Below are positions 1 through 11,528 of a DNA stretch of 35,414 nucleotides, one piece after another. The notes under the pieces were generated by a model, which had not been told where the DNA came from, did not search any database, and was given only the letters and a program-made list of their open reading frames with translations. This DNA is from Octopus bimaculoides. Its lineage: Eukaryota. A program made the position numbers and the translations under genes. Location: assembly GCF_001194135.2 (NCBI RefSeq), contig NC_068989.1:36636941-36672354 (forward strand), written 5' to 3'. The first letter of the stretch is position 1, and each line of letters starts with the position of its first letter.

Positions 1-216
1 ATTTCGAGCGTGGCCGTTTTCGTGCGGGTGACATGTAAAAGCACCTATTACACTCTCTGAGTGGTTGCCGTTAGGAAGGGCATCCAGCTGTAGAAACTCT
101 GCCAAATTTAGTATTGGAGCCTGGTGTTGCCATCTGGTTTCACCAGTCCTCAGTCAAGTCGTCCAACCCATGCTAGCATGGAAAGCGGACGTTAAACGAT
201 GATGATGATGATGATG
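1..216 (+). mobile_element. 3' part of a (GAT)n-tailed retroposon (family C), cut by the window edge
   Basis: ttaggaagggcatccagctgtagaa...ccaacccatgctagcatggaaag..gttaaa(cgat)(gat)n. Related copies near 6160(-), 6500, 7000, 16390(-), 19400, 19650, 29140, 31370, 31675(-), 32125(-), 34110(-). Confidence 0.8.
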
Positions 217-697
217 ATTCCTGACTGGGTGAAAATTATTGAACTTTAAACCTCTATTACTTTTTAAGAACATTTTTGCGGAAAAAGTGAAATAACTTCA
301 GCAATTCAGCTTGGAAGAGTAAATTACTGTACCAAATTTTAAAGTTAAACTTTAATTTTTGAAATGCTGGCAGCCAAACCAACTAGATCCCATAATGTCA
401 AGGCAAGGAGACACAAACACACACACTCACAGTCACATATTTGCATACATAACACACACATACACACAAGACCACATAGTTGGGAAGCAAAATCTTACAC
501 ATACAACCACATCTGTACCTACACATTACAATTGAATTGGAAATATTTTTACAAATAGGATTTTATAGGAGTATAATACAGACATACCTTAGCCTACACC
601 ATATCATTAATAAGTCATCTGTCCCCTGAACAAAGAAACTGAGATGACAAAATAGAAGATGGAAAAGATGACAATGACAAAATTAATAAAATCTTAC

Positions 698-751
698 CAT
701 ATCTCCCCCGGATGCAAACGAGACTGATGCCATATCATGGTTAGCAATTGT
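698..751 (-). CDS. Shc: Shc coding exon 5 (54 bp, PTB)
   Basis: tttcag|TIANHDMASVSFASGGDM|GTAAGA vs human IIANHHMQSISFASGGDP. Phase 0/0. Confidence 0.96.
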
Positions 752-854
752 CTGAAATAAATAAATGGGAATAAATGATATGTATTACAGTGATGAGGGT
801 ATATATACATATATACGTGTATGTGTGTGTGTGTGTATGTATATATACATATAA

Positions 855-1025
855 GGTGCAGGAGTGGCTGTGTGGTAAGTAGCTTGCTTACCAACTACAT
901 GGTTCTGCGTTCAGTCCGTCTGGGTGGCACCTTGGGCAAGTGTCTTCTACTATAGCCTCGGGCCGACAAAAGCCTAGTGAGTGGATTTGGTAGACAGAAA
1001 CTGAAAGACGTCCGTTGTATATATG

Positions 1026-1063
<38 letters not shown>

Positions 1064-1272
1064 TGTGTGTATGTTTGTGTGTCTGTGTTTGTCCCCCCAA
1101 CATTGCTTGACAACCAATGCTGGTGAGTTTACGTCTCCGTAACTTAGCGATTTGGCAAAAGGGGCAATAGAATAAGTATTAGGCTTACAAAGAATAAGTC
1201 CTGGGTCAATTTGCTTGACTAAAGGCGGTGCTCCAGCATGGCCGCAGTCAAATGAGCGAAACAAGTAAAAGA
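855..1272 (+). mobile_element. tRNA-derived SINE family A (head - internal (TA)/(GT)n - tail), full copy
   Basis: A box tggctgtgtgg, B box-like gttcagtcc, ccttgggcaagtgtcttc (CORE-like), central microsatellite, tail ...ggtgctccagcatggcc...gaaacaagtaaaaga. Partial copies near 6017, 6767, 7440(-), 7850(-), 8250, 10320(-), 15250, 18850, 19195, 22540, 25260, 26617, 28760, 34370(-). Confidence 0.85.
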
Positions 1273-1389
1273 GTATATGTATGTATATATATATATATAT
1301 ACCGGAGTAAGCACATGAAATGTGCAACAAGGTGGAAAAAAGAGTACTCAAATACCAGAGGTAGAGTAATATGCTTTATTTAAAAGCAG

Positions 1390-1543
1390 ATAGAAGGCAT
1401 CGTATATAGGGCCAAAGTCCAGATAGAAGGCTCGCATGATTATAGAACATATACAGGGGCTACAGAAAATTCTTTCAAAACCAGACTGTATTCGCATAAA
1501 AATTCTTTTAGGTACCCTGAAAATAGGACAAAGATGAGCCTGG
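1390..1543 (+). pseudogene. GIY-YIG endonuclease fragment of the Penelope-like element
   Basis: Stop-free frame IEGIVYRAKVQIEGSHDYRTYTGATENSFKTRLYSHKNSFRYPENRTKMSL, fitting the PLE pattern (V/I)VY...Y.G.TE..FK.R...H..SF. Runs into the gap. Confidence 0.85.
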
Positions 1544-1544
1544 C

Positions 1545-2470
1545 NNNNNNNNNNNNNNNNNNNNNNNNNNNNNNNNNNNNNNNNNNNNNNNNNNNNNNNN
1601 NNNNNNNNNNNNNNNNNNNNNNNNNNNNNNNNNNNNNNNNNNNNNNNNNNNNNNNNNNNNNNNNNNNNNNNNNNNNNNNNNNNNNNNNNNNNNNNNNNNN
1701 NNNNNNNNNNNNNNNNNNNNNNNNNNNNNNNNNNNNNNNNNNNNNNNNNNNNNNNNNNNNNNNNNNNNNNNNNNNNNNNNNNNNNNNNNNNNNNNNNNNN
1801 NNNNNNNNNNNNNNNNNNNNNNNNNNNNNNNNNNNNNNNNNNNNNNNNNNNNNNNNNNNNNNNNNNNNNNNNNNNNNNNNNNNNNNNNNNNNNNNNNNNN
1901 NNNNNNNNNNNNNNNNNNNNNNNNNNNNNNNNNNNNNNNNNNNNNNNNNNNNNNNNNNNNNNNNNNNNNNNNNNNNNNNNNNNNNNNNNNNNNNNNNNNN
2001 NNNNNNNNNNNNNNNNNNNNNNNNNNNNNNNNNNNNNNNNNNNNNNNNNNNNNNNNNNNNNNNNNNNNNNNNNNNNNNNNNNNNNNNNNNNNNNNNNNNN
2101 NNNNNNNNNNNNNNNNNNNNNNNNNNNNNNNNNNNNNNNNNNNNNNNNNNNNNNNNNNNNNNNNNNNNNNNNNNNNNNNNNNNNNNNNNNNNNNNNNNNN
2201 NNNNNNNNNNNNNNNNNNNNNNNNNNNNNNNNNNNNNNNNNNNNNNNNNNNNNNNNNNNNNNNNNNNNNNNNNNNNNNNNNNNNNNNNNNNNNNNNNNNN
2301 NNNNNNNNNNNNNNNNNNNNNNNNNNNNNNNNNNNNNNNNNNNNNNNNNNNNNNNNNNNNNNNNNNNNNNNNNNNNNNNNNNNNNNNNNNNNNNNNNNNN
2401 NNNNNNNNNNNNNNNNNNNNNNNNNNNNNNNNNNNNNNNNNNNNNNNNNNNNNNNNNNNNNNNNNNNNNN
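1545..2470. other. Assembly gap (926 N); other gaps at 6288-6480, 6956-6964 and 18741-18840
   Basis: Runs of n. The three smaller gaps abut microsatellites. Confidence 1.
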
Positions 2471-3314
2471 TATACGCATATATGCGCAATCTAAATTTTT
2501 ATGCACGTTTACTATATGTTCTTGCTTATTTTCTCTCTCTACTTCTTCCTTCCTATCCCCAGCCTTTTTCTCCTCTCTTTTCTTCCTTTGCTATCTTTCT
2601 TTTTTTCCATTTCTTTCTTTCTTCTTTTCTCTTTCTTTCTTTCTTTATTTTCTTTCTTCTTTTCCTTTTTTATGACAACTACATTCCCCCACCCCCCCCT
2701 TTCCCATATTTAACATTATTATAGATACGTTACTCTTTACCCCTCCACTCCATAGCTTAAGATACAATTTTCGTTACCAGTGCATAGGTTTTTCACGCGC
2801 AAAATTAAATGCGTGTGTGTGTATATGTGTGTAGATTTGTACTTATGTATATATCTGTGCCTTGTAAATATAGGCCTATATACATAGATTGTTTGTGCGT
2901 ATGCAGCTGTGTATTTCGATGTATATATTTATATATAGCTATATATATGTTGTGGATAGCCTTGTATACATACACACTATTGTAATTTTAATTTTATTTT
3001 ATCTTATTTTATTTTATTCTGAATGCAGCGTATACTTTATTTTATCGATTTGATTTTAATCCGTTAATTCGTATATAATTAATTATTTGCAATATGTATT
3101 TTGAGCCCATTTTTCTATTTAAGGTTTTCTTCGATATTTTTTTAATAAGATGAATCTGTATTAAATTTATTTGGTCTGTGCATTACGCATCTATTACCGT
3201 TAATTGAAACGACCAATCCATGACCGTTATTTGAAACAACCAATCAAACGAATCCATGTGTTTTAAATTTTATATTACTTTCGATTGCATTGTTATCCTT
3301 TCTCCATTTCTAAC

Positions 3315-3360
3315 AAAACTGTCCGATGAACGGGAACGTGAAACTCAGAGTAACGGTTTT
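3315..3360 (+). ncRNA. Minimal type I hammerhead ribozyme (PLE type, variant core)
   Basis: AAAACUGU-CCGAUGA-ACG(GGAA)CGU-GAA-ACUC(A)GAGU-A-ACGGUUUU: 8-bp stem I (one G.U), 3-bp stem II with GNRA loop, near-palindromic stem III, GUA triplet (predicted cut after 3352). Confidence 0.75.
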
Positions 3361-3390
3361 TTTGTTATATTTCTGCTGCTTTTAAATAAA

Positions 3391-3442
<52 letters not shown>

Positions 3443-3970
3443 TAGAAGAAAATGTTTCATTGAATAGGTTTAGATGATGGCAGTGTAGATTTATCAAATT
3501 CTGTTTCTCATGCAATACTAAACAGCCAATATGGCTTACAACGAGTCATTTTACTTTCATGAAATATGAACCTGATCTGGAAGAGTAATTATATTTGTAT
3601 TATTTCCAGTCTACAGAAAGTTAAAGCAGAAGTTAATATATACTAATCCTGTTACTTACAGACTGTTTTGAATTAATTTAAATTCAAGAACATGCACTAG
3701 CAACCTGATTTATCAAACTTCAGCCAGTTCAACAGCTCCTGTTTGAATTGCTCTTCTCTATTTCAGCTGGATTTATTTTATTGATCCTTGAAGAATGAAA
3801 TGTTAAAGTTACATAAATGTAGGATTTGAACTTACTGTAAACAACAATGCAGTTTTAGAGCCCTCATCACTGCACCAGCTAAACTGAGTGGCTTTTTAAG
3901 CACTCATAAATTTCCATTGTTTTAAGCAAGAATAACAGTAATAACAACAGCAGTAAAATAATGTTCATAC

Positions 3971-4090
3971 CTTGCCATTTTCCATTATAACAAGTTTTAA
4001 GGCTTCAGTTGTAATAGTTAGAGTAATGTTGGAGCCTGAACACCTCAGGTTAGCATAACCTCCAAGAATGCGAAGAACCTTTTTGTCTGA
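3971..4090 (-). CDS. Shc: Shc coding exon 4 (120 bp, PTB)
   Basis: tttcag|SDKKVLRILGGYANLRCSGSNITLTITTEALKLVIMENGK|GTATGA vs human [40 protein letters not shown]. Phase 0/0. Confidence 0.92.
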
Positions 4091-4680
4091 CTGAAAGTAT
4101 AAAAATACAAAAAAAGTTTTTTTCATTAGGCCAATGTATATAAAGAATAACTGAAGTAAAATTATCATGATCATTGCTTTAATACTGGTGTAACAAGGAA
4201 GGGCTTCTTTATGCATTGGAAAATAATTTATTCATTACATTAATAGGGAAAATGTTCATGCAAAACAATTAATGAAAAAATTCAGATGAAACAGCAAACA
4301 GAGTCTTTGTTAGAAACTCAACATTTGAGCTAATTTTTACGTATCAAATACACATTCAGGTGCCATGATGCGTTTTCTTCTTCAATCATTCCAGGTTGAT
4401 TATGCAGTAGTGAAAACAGCTACTAGGAGGATGTACACTCTGAATTTTTGGTGCTTAATTTGGCTATATTTGTAGGCCTCACTCATGGAAAGTTCTAGTC
4501 AGACCACTGAACTATCACATGAACAACAACTGTTCAATGGATAAAATCTTGGTTGTGCACAAGATTGTGATTTCTATATGGCAAAACTTGGGATCAAATC
4601 CAATGCTATACTTGCTTATTCATATTGGAATTGAATGATTTTTTTTTACAACAGTGTTCCTTGCACCTTAAGCCTGCATT

Positions 4681-5060
4681 TGTTGGCACTCCGTCACTTA
4701 CAACGTTAAGGGTTCCAGTTGATTTGATCAACGGAACAGCCTGCTTGTGAAATTAGCGTGCAAGTGGCTGAGCACTCCACAGACACGTGTACCCTTAACG
4801 TAGTTCTTGGGGAGATTCAGCGTGACACAGGGTGTGACAAGGCTGACCCTTTGAATTACAGGCACAACAGAAAGTAAGAGTGAGAGAAAGTTGCGGTGAA
4901 AGAGTACAGCAGGGTTCGCCACCATCCCCTGCCGGAGCCTCGTGGAGCTTTTAGGTGTTTTTCGCTCAATAAACACTCACAACGCCCGATCTGGGAATCG
5001 AAACCGCGATCCTATGACCACGAGTCCGCTGCCCTAACCACTGGGCCATTGCGCCTCCAC
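4681..5060 (-). mobile_element. Young tRNA-derived SINE with perfect TSD
   Basis: TSD taagcctgcatt at 4669-4680 and 5061-5072. Minus-strand head gtggaggcgcaatggcccagtggttagggc (A box) ...ggtttcgattccc (B box). CpGs largely retained. Confidence 0.9.
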
Positions 5061-5299
5061 TAAGCCTGCATTACTACATTCTTAAGCTGCATCTATCTCA
5101 GGCCTCAGCTAATTACTTTATACCGAGTCTTCTTTGTTTACCTCTATTTTGGATATACAGTGCCATTACATACCCATATCAGCCCAACTCTCTTTCTCTC
5201 TCCTTTTCTCTCTCTAACAACTAACCAATGTTTTTTATGTATGTTACTATTTTAATGCGTTTGCACTCAATTTGTTTTCATAAGTTAAGCATTTGTTCA

Positions 5300-5555
5300 C
5301 TAAAGGTATCAAAGTCACAAACCAACAAGAGAGCCTCTGCAATTGCTCAGACTACTAAAAATAGCAACCAAATATTCCTCAGATAACACCACAGTGTTTT
5401 AAATAAAAATCGTATTAGATAACATATTTCTATATACTTCAAAAGAGTGAAATTCTCTTGGCTGAATTGTCTTGATCACAGATTATCTTCTTGATCAGGA
5501 CTGACCTGGGGTTAACAACAACAACGACAGCGATGATGACGACAACAACAACAAC
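5300..5555 (+). repeat. Dispersed repeat with (CAA)n-like tail
   Basis: Shared ...tagaaatagc(a)gccaaat... motif, also at ~14725-14890, 18310-18500 (+) and ~17585-17720 (-). Confidence 0.5.
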
Positions 5556-6914
5556 CTGTTTGTTCTTCCCCAATTACAACCAGTTCAGAACAATCACTTC
5601 TTGTACATCGCTACCATACTTATGACTAATATAGTCTGGGATTTTCTTATAATGAGAGAAATATTTTGTCATTGAGAGACAACAAATTCCTAAACTGACC
5701 CTGGTTACTTTTTGTCAGTATCAGATGTAATCCCAGTACTTAATATTTATGCTACTAATCAACTACTCCAATCTGAGCAATTCAAAGTCTTCTATGTCCA
5801 TACTCCGAATTATTCCCTTAAATCTAAAACATTTAAAGTTCTGAATTCCTGACAGTTTAACTGAGGATGCCAATGCATATTTGCTGTCTAAATTGGTTAT
5901 TAGAATTGTACACTACAGCACACATACTTAGTTCTTTTTGAATTCCAAACAAGAATGAAAGCTAATTAACAGAGAATGATGAAAAATGAAATATATGTTC
6001 ACACAATTATAATAATGAGAGGTGTGACTGTGTAGTTAAGAAGCTTCCTTCTAAAGTCTATAGTCTCAGGTTCATTTCCACTGTACCTTGGGTAAGTGAG
6101 GCCAGCCAAACCCTTGTGAGTAGATTTGGTAAATTAAAATCTTTAGTAGATATCATCCTCATTATTTCATGTTTGCCTTCCATGCTGGCATGGGAGGCAT
6201 GGTTTGACAGGAGCTGGCAAGTCGAAGGATTGCACTAAGCTATATTGTCTGCCTTGGCATGGTTTACACACACACACACACACCCATNNNNNNNNNNNNN
6301 NNNNNNNNNNNNNNNNNNNNNNNNNNNNNNNNNNNNNNNNNNNNNNNNNNNNNNNNNNNNNNNNNNNNNNNNNNNNNNNNNNNNNNNNNNNNNNNNNNNN
6401 NNNNNNNNNNNNNNNNNNNNNNNNNNNNNNNNNNNNNNNNNNNNNNNNNNNNNNNNNNNNNNNNNNNNNNNNNNNNNNNNACATGTGTGTATATGTGCGC
6501 ACACACTTTTTTCAACGATGGTTGTAAATGAGCATTGCCATTACACAAGTGATCTCAAGTCTTTTAGGAAATACATGTCTGGCCAAAGGGAAATATTTCT
6601 TTGCTTGGCAACAAGTAAGGGTTGGTGACAGGACGAACATCTGGCTGTAGAAAATATACCTCGATAAATTTCATCTGATCCATGCAAGTATGGAAAAGTG
6701 GATGATGGTGGTGGTGTGGTGATGTGGGTGTTCCATACCATGTAAAATGTCATTTTAACAGGCACAGGCATGGCTGTATGGTAAGAAGTTTATTTCCAAC
6801 CACATAGTTTCAGGTTCAGTCCCACAGCATGGACAGTATCTTCTAAGGTAGCTCCAGGATGACCAAAGCTTTGTGAATGAGTTTGACAATGGAAAAATTG
6901 AAACCGAAAGAAGC

Positions 6915-6955
<41 letters not shown>

Positions 6956-7295
6956 NNNNNNNNNNTTTTTTTTTTTTTTACAAACCCCATGACACTGCAT
7001 GTTAATTGTAAGCAAATGTCACCACCATGCAAGTAATGTCTTTCATCTCCAATCTTCTGAGGAAATACCTTACTTGAACAAAGGTGAGGGTTGGCAACAG
7101 GAAGGGCATCCAGCCATACAAAATCTGCTTCAATAAATTTCATCCAACCCATGCTAGCAGAGTTTGGATGGAATCCATAGTCATATATCACTTATAGTTA
7201 TTTTTTTATGAAGAAGGGTTTAAGATTAAAATCAGCAAAACCTAAACTTAGAACAATAGGAGAAAGCATGGCTGTATTGCTAACATGGCTTACAT

Positions 7296-7590
7296 CAGTG
7301 GTTCTCAACCGGAGTTCATATGGCTTTTAGGGGTCCATATTAGATTTTGTTGTTAAAATTTATCTGCAATAAATTGGTTATACTTCTACAATAAGCAAAA
7401 TATTTTAATTCTTAATACTATTCTTAATAACATCTAATTATCTTTTATCTTTTACTTGTTTCAGTCTGTAGACTGTGGCCATACTGGAGCATTGCCTTCT
7501 GGTACTTACTGAGCCATTAGGTTATAGGATGTAACCACACCAGTACTGGTTGTCAAGCAGTGGTGGGAGACAAACGCAGACACATAAAAA

Positions 7591-7639
<49 letters not shown>

Positions 7640-7813
7640 GATCCTAATGTACTTTATAGTTGTAACCTTGATTGTTAATATAACATGGTATGTCATAAGC
7701 ATTTGTATATTGTGGTTTTTGTCATTTTAGTTATAAAATAAGTTAATTAATTCAATGGAATACACTGTCTGCAAGTTGATGGGTACCACATATTCTCCTC
7801 CATTTTCTAATTG

Positions 7814-7854
<41 letters not shown>

Positions 7855-8126
7855 CATGATGGGATTCTTTCGGTTTCCATCTACCAAATCCACTCGCAAG
7901 GCTTGGGGGTATAGTATAAGATACTTGCCCAAGATGCTATGCAGTGAGACTGAACCTGGAACCATGTGGTTTGGAAGCAAGCTTCTTACCACACAGCCAT
8001 GCATGTGCCTAATAATTATAAAAATATAATAGGATTTTTTTTATACATTGAATGGCTATAAGGGTCTATCTGAGTAAACTAGGAATCAAAAGAGGTCCAT
8101 AGGCAGAAAATGGTTGAGAAACACTG
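7296..8126. mobile_element. hAT-type MITE carrying nested SINE fragments
   Basis: TIRs cagtggttctcaacc / ggttgagaaacactg. 8-bp TSD gcttacat / ggttagat (6/8). Interrupts a repeat seen uninterrupted at 10101-10250. Confidence 0.8.
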
Positions 8127-8377
8127 GGTTAGATGAATATATTATCGAGGCATTGTTTTACAGCCTTCGACCCTTCCTACCACTGGCCCTTAGCTGATAT
8201 CACATGTCTTCAAAGTTGAAAAGGCAGCAGATAATTACATTCTTTGCTTTGGAGTCACATGGTTCTGGGTTAGCTCTCATTGCATAGCATGTCTGGCAAG
8301 TGTGACTTCTACTAGCCTTGGTTTGACCAATGCCTTTGCAATGGAATTTGGTAAATGGAAACTGTAGAAACTTGTCA

Positions 8378-8628
8378 GATGTGTGTGTGTGAGTGTGTGA
8401 CTGGAGTGAGTGAGTGGAAAGAGTGAGTGAGTGAGTGTGAAATTGAGTGAGTATGTGTGTGAGTGTGTAAGTGAATGTGTGAGTGAGTGAGTGAATGAGT
8501 GAGTGTGTGAGTGAGTGAGTGAATGAGTGTGTGAGTGAGTATGTGAATGAGTATGTGAATGAGTGTGTGAGTGAGTATGTGAATGAGTATGTGAATGAGT
8601 GTGTGAGTGAGCAAGTGTCTGTGTGAGT

Positions 8629-8664
<36 letters not shown>

Positions 8665-8665
8665 A
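8378..8665. repeat. Compound (GT)/(GTGA)/(GAAT) microsatellite with higher-order 36-bp unit
   Basis: gtgagtgagtatgtgaatgagtatgtgaatgagtgt at both 8531-8566 and 8567-8602. Occupies the microsatellite slot of a family A SINE. Confidence 0.95.
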
Positions 8666-9265
8666 CGCACACGTGATGTTTTCCTGTTATGCGTTAAACA
8701 AATGAATAGTGCTGTTTCAAAATGGTAATTTAGCCAGTTGATAAAATATAGATTAATAAAATAAGTTCCTGGTGGAAATGAAACCTGGGTAACTGGGAGT
8801 GACTAAAATGTGCCCCAGCATGATCACAGTACAAAAACTGAAACTAGCAGAAGAATAAAAGAAGCATAGCTCCACAATTATATATTGCAAAGAATCTACA
8901 TCCATGGTAGTGGTCTCTGTACTATTTCAGCTATTTTCGACATTTAATTTCTAGGCCATTAAATTTACTATGCTCTGATTCACAGCTGACTGAACACTAA
9001 GGTTATGAACAACAATATTTATTGTAATTAGGTTAAATAAACATAATTCCTTAGCACTGAAATAATGTGATGTTTTCATTTATTTCTAGAACATTTGGTA
9101 ATGTTTCACAATGTATTTATATAAATTTATGTATATAGAGAGAGAGACAATACAGTTCTATATTTAAGAGATGAGGAATTATGTACAAATATCCGTCAAA
9201 TATAAATAATGTAAATATAGAGAGACAATGGTCTGTCATTATGATTTCTCTGAATATTTATTTTG

Positions 9266-10030
9266 ACAGTGGCTGTGTGGTAAGGAAGCTTGCTTCCCAA
9301 CCATGTGATCTTGGGTTCAGTTCTAGTGTGTAGCATCTTAGGCAAATGTCTTCCACTACAGACCTGGTTGGCTGACCAAAGCCTTGTGAGTAGATTTGGT
9401 AGAGAGAAACTGAAAGAAGCCCATTGTACATGTATAACTGTGTTTGTGAGTGCCTGTGATCATGTATATAATGTGTGCATACATACATAGGACCCCTCTT
9501 TGGTCATGAATGACCATGGGATTGCACCTAGGAAGTTCCCCTCCAAGGCAAAAGTCCAGGAAAGGTTATTTATGGAAGACCAGCAGTTGCCCAAGCATAC
9601 CAATCTCCCCTCTCCACACCACCAATGTTATCTAAGAGTAAGGCAAAGGCCAATACAGCTTGGCACCAGTGACATCACAACTCATTTCTACAGCTGAGTC
9701 AACTGGAGCAATGTAAAATATAGTGTTTTGCTCAACAACACAACACACAGCCCAGTCCAGGAACTCACTATCTCATGATTATGAGCCTGATGCACTGAGC
9801 AAGTACATATCTATGTGTATGTGTTTATGTTTGTGTTTGTTCACCACCATTGCTTGTCAATTGGTGCTGGTTTGTTTACATCCCTGTAACTTAGTGGTTT
9901 GGGAAAAGGAGACCAAGAAAATAAGTACCAGGTGTAAAAATAAGTACTGTGATTGATTTGTTTAATTAAACCCTTTAAAAGGCAGTACCCCAAATCAGTC
10001 ACAGCCCAAAAACTGAAACAAGTAAAAGAT
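9266..10030 (+). mobile_element. Family A SINE with another retroposon nested in its microsatellite (~9491-9800, minus strand)
   Basis: The head and tail of family A are separated by an unrelated ~310-bp segment. Its right end resembles the reverse complement of the tRNA-like head at ~12778. Confidence 0.7.
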
Positions 10031-10607
10031 ATAAATGTTTCATTTTCTGTGTTTCACAATATTATTTTCTTTCACTTTTACATCTGTTTTCCATTAATGG
10101 CATGGGTTAAATGAATATATTATTGAGGCATTGTTCTACAGCCAGATGCCATTCCTACCATTAGCTCTTAATTGCTTTTCAAAAGAGGTATCTCTTATTT
10201 CATGTCTTTAAAGTTGAAAAGCCAGCAGACAATTATATTCTTTGATTATTTTGACAAAAGAAATGATAACAGCATTATTGCTTGTAGCTTAAAAAATTGC
10301 AAATACAAGCAAGCACACACATAAACAAACAAACATATGATGAGCTTCTTTCAGTTTCTGCCTATAAAATCTACTCCCTCGGCTTTGGGTAGCCTGGAAC
10401 TACAGTAAAAAATATTTATCTAAGGTGCAAAATTGCATGGTTGGGTAGTGAACTTCTTAATCATGTAGTCACGCTTACACCTATATATATATTTATATAA
10501 ATTTATATGTGGAATATGCTCAGTATGGAGCTGGGAAAAAAAACCATACTTCACATGAGGACTCAAATGACCATATTATGTATAAATTTTATAAATTGAG
10601 AAAAGAA

Positions 10608-10805
10608 AGGCAGTGAGCTGGCAGAATTGTAACCACACAGGATGAAATGCTTAGCAGTATTTTGTTCATCTTTAAGTTCTGAGATCAAACTCTACCAAGG
10701 CTGATGTTGCCTTTCATCCTTTCAGGGTCAATAAATTAAGTACCAGTCAAACACTAGTTCCCTCCCCACAAATTTCAGGGCTTGTGCTTATAGTAGAAAG
10801 GATTA
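10608..10805 (+). mobile_element. SINE family D with Meta-SINE-like central motif
   Basis: gagctggcagaa...tgcctttcatcctttcagggtcaataaattaagtaccag. Copies at ~11765-11915, 20455-20640, 21965-22150 (+) and ~28968-29115, 29392-29590 (-). The motif resembles the Sauria/Meta SINE core (from memory, not aligned). Confidence 0.75.
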
Positions 10806-11528
10806 ACAGCAAAAAGGCCCACTGGAGAGCTCATCCATTTCATGAGTTCAGTGAATAAAAGTTGACCCATGAAAAGGAGCTCTCTTTTTGTAGCTGATAA
10901 CACTGTGTAGCAAAATTTTAATTGTTTTTTGTCTTTGGTTAGTAAATATTATTTCCTACTTGCTTCTTTCTAGAAATCAACGGAAATGATTACTATTCCC
11001 TTCAAACATTGCTTTAGTGACCTGGACATTAATGTTTTGAAACTGACCTATTTTCCATTACATTTCAGACAGATTCAGCACTGAGTTGCTGAAGCAGAAA
11101 TATCATTGCAGCAAATATTTAATACCACAGATTTGCTTGTCACTTGTTTAACCTTAACCACTTGAGCATGTCACTTTTGTGGCCGAAAACATGCATCTCT
11201 GATCATGAGTAGTGAGAGAACATCATAGCCATGTGTTGAGAGGGATTCTTTAGGGCTTGAATAAATGTCATAACAAAAGCAAAATTTAAAGGAAATATTA
11301 CCCATTTTTCATACTTTCTAGGGGCAAGTGAATAAGAATTAACAATTGCTATTCATGGAGAAAAATCACATTACACAGGGTAATATTATAAATTTGTATA
11401 GAAAGACAAGAAGTGTTTGTTATTAAGGCTTATCAGAATTTATTTTGACTAAATCTTTCACTTGTTTCAAGAAAATACCTTGGATAAAAGAAGACAAAAT
11501 GATAACAAAAGAAATTGGGAAAACATAC

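Larger units (their letters stand above)
1302..3391 (+). mobile_element. 5'-truncated Penelope-like retroelement (PLE) between (TA)n tracts, in a Shc intron
   Basis: GIY-YIG fragment at 1390-1543 and hammerhead motif at 3315-3360. ctttatttaaaagcag (1374-1389) is the exact reverse complement of 3376-3391. (TA)n on both sides. The interior includes a 926-N gap. Confidence 0.8.

Noticed and set aside
1440-2724. Long ORFs of 330-396 aa in the track (also those at 6167-6628 and 18601-18901)
   Set aside because: Their length comes from N runs translated as X. Only the 1390-1543 GIY-YIG frame is meaningful.
4985-5060. tRNA genes at SINE heads (also ~860, 12780, 15545)
   Set aside because: They have A/B boxes but continue into SINE bodies and do not close a cloverleaf acceptor stem.
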